The notes under the pieces are model-generated. The model had not been told where the DNA came from. It searched no databases and worked only from the letters and a program-made list of their open reading frames with translations. A program made the position numbers and the translations under genes. Below, in pieces: positions 10,769 to 20,614 of a stretch of DNA of 64,000 nucleotides; within the stretch, counting starts at the first letter, position 1, and every line of letters begins with the position of its first letter. Source of the DNA: Candidatus Thorarchaeota archaeon (GTDB taxonomy: Archaea > Asgardarchaeota > Thorarchaeia > Thorarchaeales > Thorarchaeaceae); NCBI GenBank assembly GCA_046482545.1, contig JAWOEX010000028.1, forward strand, positions 160,001-224,000, written 5' to 3'.

Positions 10769-12292
10769 CTAGTTGGACTTCCGTTTCATAGACCACCAAT
10801 AAACAGTTATGCCAAGTAGTACTAGCCCCACCATCCCGAGAAGCAGGTAAGGTGCATACAGTATCAGAGAGTCATTTGGCCAAATATCTGCAAGCGCTTC
10901 ACCGGCGCTCAGCCATGAGTCAGATATTGCCTGTAGATGGTTAGAGATGTTTGTCAAATCATCCTTGAAGACGGCAAGTGTATTTTCGAGGGCACCTGAC
11001 TGGTTCAGCTCTATTGACATATCACGAAATACATCAGCAACATACCCCTCAGCTGCACTCACATTCCCGGGAAATAGCAGAGTGGAATTATCAGATAACA
11101 CACTAAAAGCGTTCAGTGCTTCTTCGGCAGAAGCTGTAAAGGCAGACAGATTGTATTCGCTTAGAAAGGAAGGCAAACTGGACAGAGCGTTACGATATGA
11201 CAGATACTGTAGCGTTACCTGAGTCTGTAAGCCCAACCCGATGAAGTTCAACACTTGAGATTGGATTTCCGTGGCATCAGGAGCACCAGAGAAGACACTG
11301 AGATATTCCGAGAGGGCATCCGCAGTCATGTCAGAAGCCATCTGCTCAAAAGCCTTTCCACCGTAATCGAATAGATACGCACTTGCGCTATTTGGATCAT
11401 ATGATGAGCCCACACCAAGCAAGCGGTCACGCACATAAGGCCCAAGGCGATCTCCGAAATCTGGAGCCTTACCGCCTTCATCTGGTTCCAATAGCATGCT
11501 GATGTAATACCGATTGCTCCAAGCTTTGTTTAGAGCAGTATAGCTGATTTCTGTATAGTTGCCTCGCCCGTCTTCAGGATAGCTGTAATTTTCTCCAAAG
11601 GCTCCTACACCCGGATCCAATATTGTTGCCTTGCCACCCGCGTCATCATATCCAACTATAACAACAGCATGAGCTCCACCAGTTAATCCTTGTTCCCTTA
11701 GAACATCATAATCGGCAGTCGGCAACCATGAAGGGTCAACACTTACGACAAGAGGATATCCCCTATCAATTGCCGCTCTCATGATATCCAAAGCAGCGGA
11801 ATCTTCCTCCAGAAGACTAACGCTTGTTCCTTGGCTTCTCCACACTTCCGCTTGGTCTTCGGCACCATCCAACTCTCCAGACATGTACACGCTGAGATTG
11901 AGCCCATAAAGGTCCGCAACAAACTGGGTCGGTTCAACCTGTTTATAGAGTACTCCGGGAAACATCGTTAGAGTGTCGTTGTACTGGATATAGACGAAAG
12001 AAAAACCGGTACCGGTCAACGCGAATAGGCTATGAAGGTCCACATCAACACCAGCATAGTTCAAAGCGCTAGTCAATGACGCCCATGCACAGAATCCATT
12101 AATCTCCTGCCACACATAAGGCACACCAGATAGAAGCTTGGCAGACTCGCCTTGTGCACGAGCCATATCTGTTGGCTGTGTATCTGTATCTTCTACGGTT
12201 GTAGAACCCACTATCAACAAAATAATGACGAATAATGAAACAATATGCTGCTTCATCGAAACTCTGGATAAGAATGAGTGGGTTCGTTTCAT
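10769..12292 (-). CDS. Secreted C39-like (papain-fold) cysteine peptidase with C-terminal TM anchor
   Basis: VPYVWQEINGFCAWAS (Q...C), HAVVIVGYD (His) and ILDP (Asp); signal peptide; C-terminal TM followed by KRK. Confidence 0.82.
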   Translation of the reverse strand: MKRTHSFLSRVSMKQHIVSLFVIILLIVGSTTVEDTDTQPTDMARAQGESAKLLSGVPYVWQEINGFCAWASLTSALNYAGVDVDLHSLFALTGTGFSFVYIQYNDTLTMFPGVLYKQVEPTQFVADLYGLNLSVYMSGELDGAEDQAEVWRSQGTSVSLLEEDSAALDIMRAAIDRGYPLVVSVDPSWLPTADYDVLREQGLTGGAHAVVIVGYDDAGGKATILDPGVGAFGENYSYPEDGRGNYTEISYTALNKAWSNRYYISMLLEPDEGGKAPDFGDRLGPYVRDRLLGVGSSYDPNSASAYLFDYGGKAFEQMASDMTADALSEYLSVFSGAPDATEIQSQVLNFIGLGLQTQVTLQYLSYRNALSSLPSFLSEYNLSAFTASAEEALNAFSVLSDNSTLLFPGNVSAAEGYVADVFRDMSIELNQSGALENTLAVFKDDLTNISNHLQAISDSWLSAGEALADIWPNDSLILYAPYLLLGMVGLVLLGITVYWWSMKRKSN

Positions 12293-12342
12293 AAGGATGA
12301 CGATGGTGGAGATTCAAGCCCACAAATTCTCAAGAACAGGCA

Positions 12343-13140
12343 CTACTTCGAAATGAGAGAATCCAATTGAGATTTTGCCTTTCGGATTTCATCGATGGCT
12401 GAACAATCAGATGCATAATCAAGCGGAGCTCTTCCCTTTCGTCCCGCAGTACGGACATTTTCATCATCAGGTATCATTCCGATAAGTGAGAAACCTCTAG
12501 CAGCAACTTCCTCTTCGATGAAGGTTTGATCCTGTTCACCACGAACCTTATTGCCGACTACAACAGCTTTGCTGTGGCCAATATCTCCCGCAAGACCAAC
12601 GATTCTGTTAAGTGTGCGTATGGAACTCATACTAGGCTCTACAACCACAACAAGTGCATCCATCCCCTTTGTCGTCCCTCTGCCTAGGTGTTCTATTCCT
12701 GCATCCATATCCATGAGGAAGGCTTCGTCTTCGGCAATAATGAGATGTCTAATCAATGCTTTGAGCAACGCGGCTGAAGGACACATACATCCTGACCCGC
12801 CCACATTCACTGTTCCCGCTACAAGTAATCGCACATTGTCTGGACAAGTCACAGCAAATCTTTCTGCTAAATCTGCTACCCGTGGATTCTTCCTGAAAAA
12901 GCCTCCAACAGCCTTTACCCACTCGGTTTTTGTTCGCTCTTCTACGACCTCATCCTGCTCAAGAAGAGGTACAATTCCCTTAGCCTTGTCCTCCTCTAGG
13001 CCCAACGAAACCCATAGGTTGTAGTTAGGATCCGCGTCAACTGCAAGCATGTCAACACCATCACGGCCCCAGAGTCGGGCGAGTGTGCCGGCAATAGTCG
13101 TTTTTCCACAGCCGCCTTTTCCAGTCACTGCTATCTTCAT
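12343..13140 (-). CDS. cooC: CO dehydrogenase nickel-insertion ATPase CooC/AcsF family
   Basis: MKIAVTGKGGCGKTT, DADPNYNL, GSGCMCP (Ni-binding CxC), DMDAGIEHLGRGT, GNKVR. Start set at ATG 13140. Confidence 0.92.
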   Translation of the reverse strand: MKIAVTGKGGCGKTTIAGTLARLWGRDGVDMLAVDADPNYNLWVSLGLEEDKAKGIVPLLEQDEVVEERTKTEWVKAVGGFFRKNPRVADLAERFAVTCPDNVRLLVAGTVNVGGSGCMCPSAALLKALIRHLIIAEDEAFLMDMDAGIEHLGRGTTKGMDALVVVVEPSMSSIRTLNRIVGLAGDIGHSKAVVVGNKVRGEQDQTFIEEEVAARGFSLIGMIPDDENVRTAGRKGRAPLDYASDCSAIDEIRKAKSQLDSLISK

Positions 13141-13452
13141 ACTTTGTTCTTCTCTGATGATTGATAATGAATCTGTCGAACTTACGAACATGGCTCGCGA
13201 AATTAAATGGTAACTCTATACCCCATGATCACAATTTGTGGCTACTGATTGTGACACCATGTAGTGACTTTCTATTATATACTGAATCCGAGTGGTTTAT
13301 CGTGTGAAACAAAATGGCACGAATTGATTACGACCAACTCGGAATTAACAGAAGAAACGGAAAAAAGCACCAGTCAACTGACACTATCGTCTATGCTTAT
13401 GCGACACGAGTGAGATGAAATTGCGAGAGGCCCAGTTTATATACTCGGATGC

Positions 13453-14364
13453 ATGAAACATACAAAGCTAGAGGAGATGAGTTGTTTGTCAGATGATTCG
13501 AATTTGACACCACATAGGCAGTCCTCAGAAGAAGAGGACGAATTGCTGAAAGGCCCAGAAGATGTAGTTGAGGTGAGGCAAATGACACCACACGGCCGGC
13601 GCAAAAGCATGCATCACAAGAGCAACGCTGCATTTGGTGGGTTCTTATCTTGGGTTGTTTTTGTTATCATATGGCTCTTCTTTTTTGCAGGAGGGTTCGG
13701 AATCTTCGAGAACATGGCTGTAGTGCTTTCATCCTTCTTTGTGACAGGAGGGGTCATAGGAGCGATTTGGTCGCCAGGTGGTACCGGTTCTCAAGGTACG
13801 GGTTGGCGGATTAACGTATCAATTATGAGTGGAGTAATTTGGTTAGCATTCATAATCTTGTGGCTGCCATTCTTTATGGAGGGTTTCTCGCTCTATCAAA
13901 ACATCGCTGTAATTGTGGGCTCAACGTTACTACTCCTGCTTGTGAACAGCAGCTCTTGGGTTAGTGCTGCGCCTACAATAGACAACATCAAGAAACGGAC
14001 CTCAGTTGGATCTGCGGTTTTCTTCATTTGGATAGTGATTAGTATCTACTGGTTATGGTTCCAAGCTGACGCATATGTCTGGGAACAAAACTTCGCACTC
14101 GGACTGCTTTCTACTCTAATTGTGCTTTTGATCGAAACAGGTGTGTTCAGATCAGCCATTGGTACCTCCAAGGACATGATCAATCCATACATCCCGATAG
14201 GACTGCTATTTGTATGGATGGCGGTCCTGTTTGTATGGTTCTGGTTCTTTGGGGAACCTTACAACGTATATCAGAATTTCGCGGTCTTTCTTGCATCCAT
14301 GATGCTTTTTGCTGGAATCGGGTATTTATATACCAGAAATAGCGGGATTCTATTGAAGATCTAG
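13453..14364 (+). CDS. 8-TM membrane protein built from four helical-hairpin repeats
   Basis: Four repeats of W..F...W..F....(F/Y)...(Q/E)N.A. Confidence 0.78.
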   Translation: MKHTKLEEMSCLSDDSNLTPHRQSSEEEDELLKGPEDVVEVRQMTPHGRRKSMHHKSNAAFGGFLSWVVFVIIWLFFFAGGFGIFENMAVVLSSFFVTGGVIGAIWSPGGTGSQGTGWRINVSIMSGVIWLAFIILWLPFFMEGFSLYQNIAVIVGSTLLLLLVNSSSWVSAAPTIDNIKKRTSVGSAVFFIWIVISIYWLWFQADAYVWEQNFALGLLSTLIVLLIETGVFRSAIGTSKDMINPYIPIGLLFVWMAVLFVWFWFFGEPYNVYQNFAVFLASMMLFAGIGYLYTRNSGILLKI

Positions 14365-14705
14365 ATTGGGAACAGTAAAGTGAGATTCATAGGTTGTGTC
14401 AGCATGTTGCAATTGCGGCGGATGACCTTCCCTTTGTCTTAACTTGAATTTATACAGAGAGAGAAGCGGTAGAATATGGGGCGCATAGACGATAAATATG
14501 AACCAATTGTCTATTGCTTTATCAGATACTTTCAGAGTTCGTCAGTTTCTATAGATAGGCCCCATAGGCTGTAAGCTCAACAGACGTTATTGAACGGTCG
14601 GTAGCTGCAGCTATTGTTATGGGGTTTGGGATGCTAGGTCGATCAGTTCATGTCAAATCTTACACTCTGACATGCCGATTTGTTTTGGGTTTTGTAGGAT
14701 TTGCA

Positions 14706-16031
14706 TTATTCTAGAGTTTGCTCACCCATTACATTCGAGCTTCCGCGTTCAAATTGCAGTCGAAACAACGTCCCAACTACTTGTTCATCCTCAACAACGT
14801 CTTGAGCTTCCATTGTTATATCGCAAATCTCGGCAAGACCTCGGATGAGAATGATACCAAGACCTACTCCCGGCGCAGACCGACTAGAAAGCGAATCAGG
14901 GTTGTTGAGAAAATCTTGAACCTCAGTAGGTAGGCCCCCAGCTCTATCTAGAATCTCTACCATCACATGTTTCTTCGATTTTCTGAATGCTCTCACTGTG
15001 AGGCTTTTTGTTCCATGTTTGAATGCATTGTCGAAGATATTCCAAAACATCTCTTTGACTAACTTACACGAGAGAATGTACACATTTTCTTCAATCTCGA
15101 CTGTTATCCTCTCAGGTTCGATATCATACTCACGTATAACTCTCTCAGAGACTCCTTCTAGAATTCCTGCAAGATTCAGGGGGGTCTCCATAGCTTGTAC
15201 ACGTGTTACTGTTGCAGTTAAGTACCGAATTTCCTCCAGAAAATCCATCATGTCCTTGACAACCTCAGATGCCATTTCAAGCCACATTTCATGATCAGTC
15301 TCTGAGGTAATAGCTTGATCAATAGCTCCATTAAGATTGCCCGCATAATTACGAATATCATGATTTAGAATGCTCCCCAGCAATTGAGAGATCTGATGTT
15401 GAGCACTCAAATTTTCAGCCGTGGTCTTGATAAAGAATGATAAGAGACCCGAACCAGTTGCCATGACACTAATTGATAAAAGCAGGACGTGAACACTCAA
15501 TAGGTTCAACAATGAAAACGGTATAAAAAGTAGTGTTGAAACGCCCCAAAGGACAAATCCAACATATGCAGTCCAAAAATCTAAGCTTTCCGCATCGTTA
15601 TCTCTTCTAAATTGTTCTGCTGAATACCAACATGATAAGGCTGAAGGCACCCCGACAACTGTATAGGCAATATCATAGGAAACATCAAGTACAATTCCAA
15701 CGCCTACTATGGCAAGTCCAATTCCTACGGCTAGAATGTACATCAACAAGCTACTGCCTTCTCTCTGATGTTTATTCGCTCCATCAAATAGAAAGATGGA
15801 TCCTAGTAGAATACCTGAGGTAGCTAAGCTATCGGTTATTTCAAGACCAGCAGTACCTATCATAATACTGAGGGCAGTTGTAATACTGTAAACCATCCAG
15901 CCTGCTGCCCATAGTTTGTAGCGAACTCCGGTTGAATATCTATACAGCCCATATGATACTAATGCGATGAAAGCAACAAGGCCTGTAAACGATATCACCA
16001 CTGCAGGCTCAAAAACAGGAACAGTCTGCAA
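14706..16031 (-). CDS. Membrane sensor histidine kinase (about 7-TM input domain)
   Basis: H-box NHDIRN, N-box NIFDNAFKHG, G1 DRAGG, G2 GVGLG. TTG 16031 follows GGAGATGA; the ORF track extends to 16187. Confidence 0.9.
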   Translation of the reverse strand: MQTVPVFEPAVVISFTGLVAFIALVSYGLYRYSTGVRYKLWAAGWMVYSITTALSIMIGTAGLEITDSLATSGILLGSIFLFDGANKHQREGSSLLMYILAVGIGLAIVGVGIVLDVSYDIAYTVVGVPSALSCWYSAEQFRRDNDAESLDFWTAYVGFVLWGVSTLLFIPFSLLNLLSVHVLLLSISVMATGSGLLSFFIKTTAENLSAQHQISQLLGSILNHDIRNYAGNLNGAIDQAITSETDHEMWLEMASEVVKDMMDFLEEIRYLTATVTRVQAMETPLNLAGILEGVSERVIREYDIEPERITVEIEENVYILSCKLVKEMFWNIFDNAFKHGTKSLTVRAFRKSKKHVMVEILDRAGGLPTEVQDFLNNPDSLSSRSAPGVGLGIILIRGLAEICDITMEAQDVVEDEQVVGTLFRLQFERGSSNVMGEQTLE

Positions 16032-16568
16032 GAAATAATCATCTCCGGAATTGCTTTTTTTTAATGTAATAATTGAATAAAAAGGCTTACACTTTTTTAG
16101 TTGCGATTGTGTTATTCTTCCATATGTACTTTTTGGGGAGGTAGGCTCTGTGTGAAAAGTCAACAAGGAAGTAAGGAAACGGAGCAATCAAATTACAAGA
16201 TGCCTGATTTCTAACTTCATTTCCCTGTTTTGCGATCAGTCACATTCATCGCTAAAGACTTTTCACACAGCACCGGGGAGGTATGAACCAAACATAAATT
16301 TCTGCAGGTCATTTGGAATAGGCAAGGTGATAGTACTACTATCACAAGATGACTGTTGTAACAAAATTTGGAATCGTAATTGATAGTTGCTATGAAGAAA
16401 CTCAGGGGTTAGATTCTCTATCAGGGGGCACCAGACCCTCGACCTTTCCGCTAGATTATCGCCTTCTCTTTCTACCACCAGGGTAACAAAATGAAATTGA
16501 AGTGTCGAAAAGAAAACTACTTAGGAACCATCAGAAGGAAAGAATTCACCAACAAAAGGTTCTCAAGG

Positions 16569-17648
16569 ATGAATTACCATATCGTGCTTACAAGACGCTG
16601 TAATCTCAACTGTTCATATTGCCATGGGGGAGAGCAGAATGAAGATACCGAAATAACGTATTCTCTCGATGAGATTGATTCATTCTTAGAGCAGGACAGA
16701 GACCCGCAGCTCATGCTCTATGGAGGGGAGCCAACTCTTCGCATCCAAACCATGATTGAAATGATGGAGAAATTTTCTGATGCGCGATTCATGTTACAGA
16801 CCAATGCTCTTCTCCTTAATAAGATTCCACAGAAGTATGTTAAGAGAATCCATTCCATTCTCGTCTCAATTGATGGCCGAAAATACGTTACCGACGGCTA
16901 CAGATCAAGAGGAGTCTACGATAAGGTTTTGGAAAATGTCAGATGGCTTCGCGATATCAACTATCCTGGAGATGTCGTAGCTAGGATGACGGTCTCACAG
17001 CAGAGCGATATCTATCGGGATGTCAACCATCTGCTTGATTTTGAAGACCCATCATTTGATTATGTTCACTGGCAGCTGAACGTTATCTGGGATGCGGAAG
17101 GAAACTGGCAGAACTTCGACAAGTGGGTAGAGGAATCGTACAATCCCGGTATCACGCGTTTAGCGTCAGAGTGGGTAGAAACCATGGAATCTGGAGAGGT
17201 GAAGGGGATAGTTCCGTTCATGCCAATTATGTACACTCTTCTGACGGGTGAACCTTCTAGACTCCGATGTGGTTCAGGAATAGATACCTTTGCAATTCAC
17301 GTGGATGGAAGAATAGGAATATGTCCGATATCACCAGACTGGGACTTCTCGATTGTTGGAGATATCTACAACACTAAGCCTAAGGATTTACGAGACGTTA
17401 TGACAGCCGATGAGCCCTGTCCATCGTGCGAGGTATACGACGTATGTGGCGGAAGGTGCCTATTTTCCAACAAACAGCGTCTCTGGGGAGAAGAAGGTTT
17501 CAACAAGGTCTGTACTACCGTCAAACATCTCATCAAAGAACTGGAGAGTTGTATTCCCAGAGTGCAAAAACTAGTTAATCAAGGCGTCATTGACATTGAA
17601 CAACTCAATTATCCCGAGTTCAACAACGGTTGCGAAATCATTCCATAG
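16569..17648 (+). CDS. Radical SAM/SPASM protein, AF0577 (TIGR04084)-like
   Basis: CNLNCSYC, YGGEP, LQTNALLL; SPASM cysteines CGSG...CP...CPSC...CGGRC...C; terminal NNGCEIIP typical of this family. Confidence 0.88.
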   Translation: MNYHIVLTRRCNLNCSYCHGGEQNEDTEITYSLDEIDSFLEQDRDPQLMLYGGEPTLRIQTMIEMMEKFSDARFMLQTNALLLNKIPQKYVKRIHSILVSIDGRKYVTDGYRSRGVYDKVLENVRWLRDINYPGDVVARMTVSQQSDIYRDVNHLLDFEDPSFDYVHWQLNVIWDAEGNWQNFDKWVEESYNPGITRLASEWVETMESGEVKGIVPFMPIMYTLLTGEPSRLRCGSGIDTFAIHVDGRIGICPISPDWDFSIVGDIYNTKPKDLRDVMTADEPCPSCEVYDVCGGRCLFSNKQRLWGEEGFNKVCTTVKHLIKELESCIPRVQKLVNQGVIDIEQLNYPEFNNGCEIIP

Positions 17649-17776
17649 GGAGATACAGGATTACGGTAAATACAGAGTTCTGAGCCACCAACAATGCAAA
17701 TCAATTCGATTCCACGAAGAAGCAATAGAATACATTATCTAAACAAGGAAGTGTGTAAGAAGTGCGGGAACATCAT

Positions 17777-18301
17777 TCAGATTCGCATTTCCTCTTCTTC
17801 ATCAATCGTTTCATCGCAAAGATCTTTTCTCATTACGATGATTTCTTCTCCTGCCCGTTCCGTTCGGTTCACTTCCTTGTAGCCCATGTTATTATAGAAA
17901 TCAACTTGGTAATCGATACTGCCATAGACTTCGAGTTCTACACACTTCGCGTTTTGATGGTCAAGCAAATTATCTGCATATTCCACCATTATGGTGCCTA
18001 TGCGTCGGTTCCGGAATTTCTTACGTACGGCCATACGGCTAACTACACCTATTTGGCCACGCATACCGACTCTCATGGTCCCTGCTATCTCATTGCCAAC
18101 GAGCGCAACATACTGATTGCCCATCTGGATGTGTCTTGCGATCTTATCCAATCCTTCCGTCAGCGCACCGGGCATCCGTGAAAGTTCTTTTTCGATGGGG
18201 GTGTATGCCTCTCGAAGGATGGCCTTGATAGCATCAACTTCTGAAAGCTCTGCTTTTCTTATCCTAATCTCAGCATAGTTGTACATGGCTTCCACTACCA
18301 A
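17777..18301 (-). CDS. GNAT N-acetyltransferase
   Basis: MAVRKKFRNRRIGT acetyl-CoA motif A; FYNNMGY. Confidence 0.88.
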   Translation of the reverse strand: MVVEAMYNYAEIRIRKAELSEVDAIKAILREAYTPIEKELSRMPGALTEGLDKIARHIQMGNQYVALVGNEIAGTMRVGMRGQIGVVSRMAVRKKFRNRRIGTIMVEYADNLLDHQNAKCVELEVYGSIDYQVDFYNNMGYKEVNRTERAGEEIIVMRKDLCDETIDEEEEMRI

Positions 18302-18471
18302 ATGGAGTATTCATTTTCTATATAGATAGGGGTCAGTCATAAGTTATTTGTTTCGTCAACAAGAAGATACCAGAGCTAGTCCGGATCGATTCTCTTAGGC
18401 AAATCAATGCTCCTCTGAAAGGCTAAATTTAATACAATCAGGGATATGCTTCATAGATGAGAGATTTACTT

Positions 18472-18618
18472 ATGCCCGATGAAAATAACGAAGAGATTGC
18501 TGAGTCTGACAAGCTGACAGAAAAGGATAAGCAGGAAATCCAAGAGGGTGCTTGTGTCAACTGTGCCATCGCTGTGTTCCTTTTAGCAGTAGCTACATTA
18601 TCCGCAATGCTTCTTTGA
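18472..18618 (+). CDS. 48-aa small protein: acidic N-terminus, CxxC, hydrophobic tail
   Basis: MPDENNEEIAESDKLTEKDKQEIQEGACVNCAIAVFLLAVATLSAMLL. It ends 1 nt before the next ORF and has a TATA-like TTTAATA near 18428. Below the ORF-track cutoff. Confidence 0.6.
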   Translation: MPDENNEEIAESDKLTEKDKQEIQEGACVNCAIAVFLLAVATLSAMLL

Positions 18619-18619
18619 A

Positions 18620-19012
18620 TTGGTCGATCTCAGAATGACATTCCTGATTGATCCGCCGCTCCTCGTTGGACTAGCCATGTTATCTCAGTATCTAGGGTCG
18701 AAGATTACATCCGGGAATAGCCGAAAAATTGGCCAGCTTCTCGCCCTCTTCAGCTTGTGTACTATCATGTTTACAAGCAGCTCGTTGTATCTGAATATGT
18801 GGTATATGGACTGGTTCTGGTGCCCATTCCAACCTCTTGTTGCGTCCGGCAAAGACCTTATGATCAATTCTGGGATTTTTTCTTTCGAATCCGTTAACAC
18901 TGCAGGTCTTATTGATGCACTTGCAGCGTTTCAAATCATACTCTATCCTGTGTGGATATACCTTGGTTATAGGATATACTACTGGCTATTCCCCTCTTCA
19001 AAGGGTTCATAA
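18620..19012 (+). CDS. Small 3-TM membrane protein
   Basis: Hydrophobic segments; FLIDPPLL, SLYLN and YPVWIYLG motifs. Confidence 0.7.
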   Translation: MVDLRMTFLIDPPLLVGLAMLSQYLGSKITSGNSRKIGQLLALFSLCTIMFTSSSLYLNMWYMDWFWCPFQPLVASGKDLMINSGIFSFESVNTAGLIDALAAFQIILYPVWIYLGYRIYYWLFPSSKGS

Positions 19013-19043
19013 TCCTTCTCAATTCTGAGCAAGGTGGGGAGTC

Positions 19044-20480
19044 CTACTCCTCTTCTTCCTCATCTTCTCCTAATCGTTTGCCCGGCTTGAATCGTGCCTT
19101 CTCTCTGTCCACTGAGAGCCGACTCGGGTCAGGTGTAGATAAATCATGCCCAAGTTTTCCTTCTTTGATTCCCTGAGCGTGCTCACTCGGCCACGCTTCA
19201 CCTTCTTCGGGGGCTGCCTCCAGAATATCTTCGTCCACTTCGCCCCGCTCAAAGGTTTCACCTTCTACTTTTGCTTGCTCAATTATGCGTTCGAGTCGTT
19301 CTTCACGCAGATAATAGAGGATAGTGAACATGGAGACAATCGGGAATGCCATCAGCTTTGCAACATCTCTGAATATGAAAGTAGCATAGTTCACAGCAGC
19401 ATTCCAATCGGCAAAAAACCACTGGCCCAGTATGGAGCCAGCATCGCTTGTAACAGCAATTATGCTATCCACGAAGAAGAAACCACTTGCAAGAAAGAAT
19501 GTAAACAGCGGGCCAAAATCACGTAGGCGGGAACGAGATTCCTCAACAGTCTCTGTGACGGTTCGACCAATGCCGCTCATAGCATAAATCAAGAAGAAGA
19601 ACGCCATGCCAATATCCACTACTGACATTGTTGGTGCTCCAGTTCTTCGCAAAATGTTGAAAAGAAAGTATCCGCCATAGACGGCAACGAATAGAGTCAG
19701 GAGAGATATATTCAATGCCGCTCCTCTTCCACCATATTTTAGAAATGCAGCAAGGACTGCGAGTCCAAAGAGTCCAAAGAATCCATAGGCAATCAGTATG
19801 AAATTGTACTGGATCTGTATGTTTTCCATGGCCATCGGAAACAATGTCTCGATGAAAGTACCAAGTCCCATGAAATCATTGGGAATCAGATAAAGGGCTG
19901 CTAATGCTTCAACCGCGATGAGACCCAAACCAATAAGCATGATGAGGAAGCTCCCAATCCCCATTACCAGGCTACCCTTCTTTGGTTCACTTATGGTGGC
20001 CAATCTCAAGCTAGTACGGGCTGAAAGATATGCCTGAAAAGCAATCCACCCTACCCAGCAGAAAACAGCAAAGAACAGAAGTGCTAGGGGTCCCAAGAAC
20101 AAGGAAAGGAAAACTGAAATGAAGAACGACACTGAAATCCAAGCTACACCTTTCAATTCTGTAGCTCGTCCTCTTGCCCTTCGAGTTATCCATAGACTAT
20201 CCAAACCTAATCCCGTGAACAAAGAACCAAGCATGAAGTAGATAGTACCAGTAGCACCTAGATAGACAAATACGTTCACCAAGATAGCTTCAATTGCTGT
20301 TCCTACGAAATATGTGAGTAAGAACGATACAAAGAAAGACAGGAAAATGCTGGTTACGAAAACAATCAAGTACGCTACGTATCTCCGTGTTTTGAAGAAT
20401 GTTTTCAGGCCTGTTATGATGCCAGAGAGAATAGGAATCTGAATTAGGAACTCCTCCGTTTTGTTTTCATGAATACCCAT
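19044..20480 (-). CDS. Polytopic membrane protein (about 10-11 TM) with acidic cytoplasmic tail
   Basis: Many hydrophobic helices; Glu-rich C-terminus. Confidence 0.8.
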   Translation of the reverse strand: MGIHENKTEEFLIQIPILSGIITGLKTFFKTRRYVAYLIVFVTSIFLSFFVSFLLTYFVGTAIEAILVNVFVYLGATGTIYFMLGSLFTGLGLDSLWITRRARGRATELKGVAWISVSFFISVFLSLFLGPLALLFFAVFCWVGWIAFQAYLSARTSLRLATISEPKKGSLVMGIGSFLIMLIGLGLIAVEALAALYLIPNDFMGLGTFIETLFPMAMENIQIQYNFILIAYGFFGLFGLAVLAAFLKYGGRGAALNISLLTLFVAVYGGYFLFNILRRTGAPTMSVVDIGMAFFFLIYAMSGIGRTVTETVEESRSRLRDFGPLFTFFLASGFFFVDSIIAVTSDAGSILGQWFFADWNAAVNYATFIFRDVAKLMAFPIVSMFTILYYLREERLERIIEQAKVEGETFERGEVDEDILEAAPEEGEAWPSEHAQGIKEGKLGHDLSTPDPSRLSVDREKARFKPGKRLGEDEEEEE

Positions 20481-20614
20481 CAGGATTTAAGCTTTCCATT
20501 GATGGACCCTCCAGAGTAGGCTTTGACGCTATTTGCTACACATAAACCAGAAGGATTTAATATATCCCATTATAGCATTAAAAGGTTGAAAGCCCCACCT
20601 GAAGAAGATATAGC

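Noticed and set aside
16400-16433. GGGGTTAGATTCTC...GGGGGCACCA resembles a tRNA 3' end or att site
   Set aside because: T-loop is not TTCRA, stem spacing to CCA is wrong, and there is no 5' half or integrase nearby.
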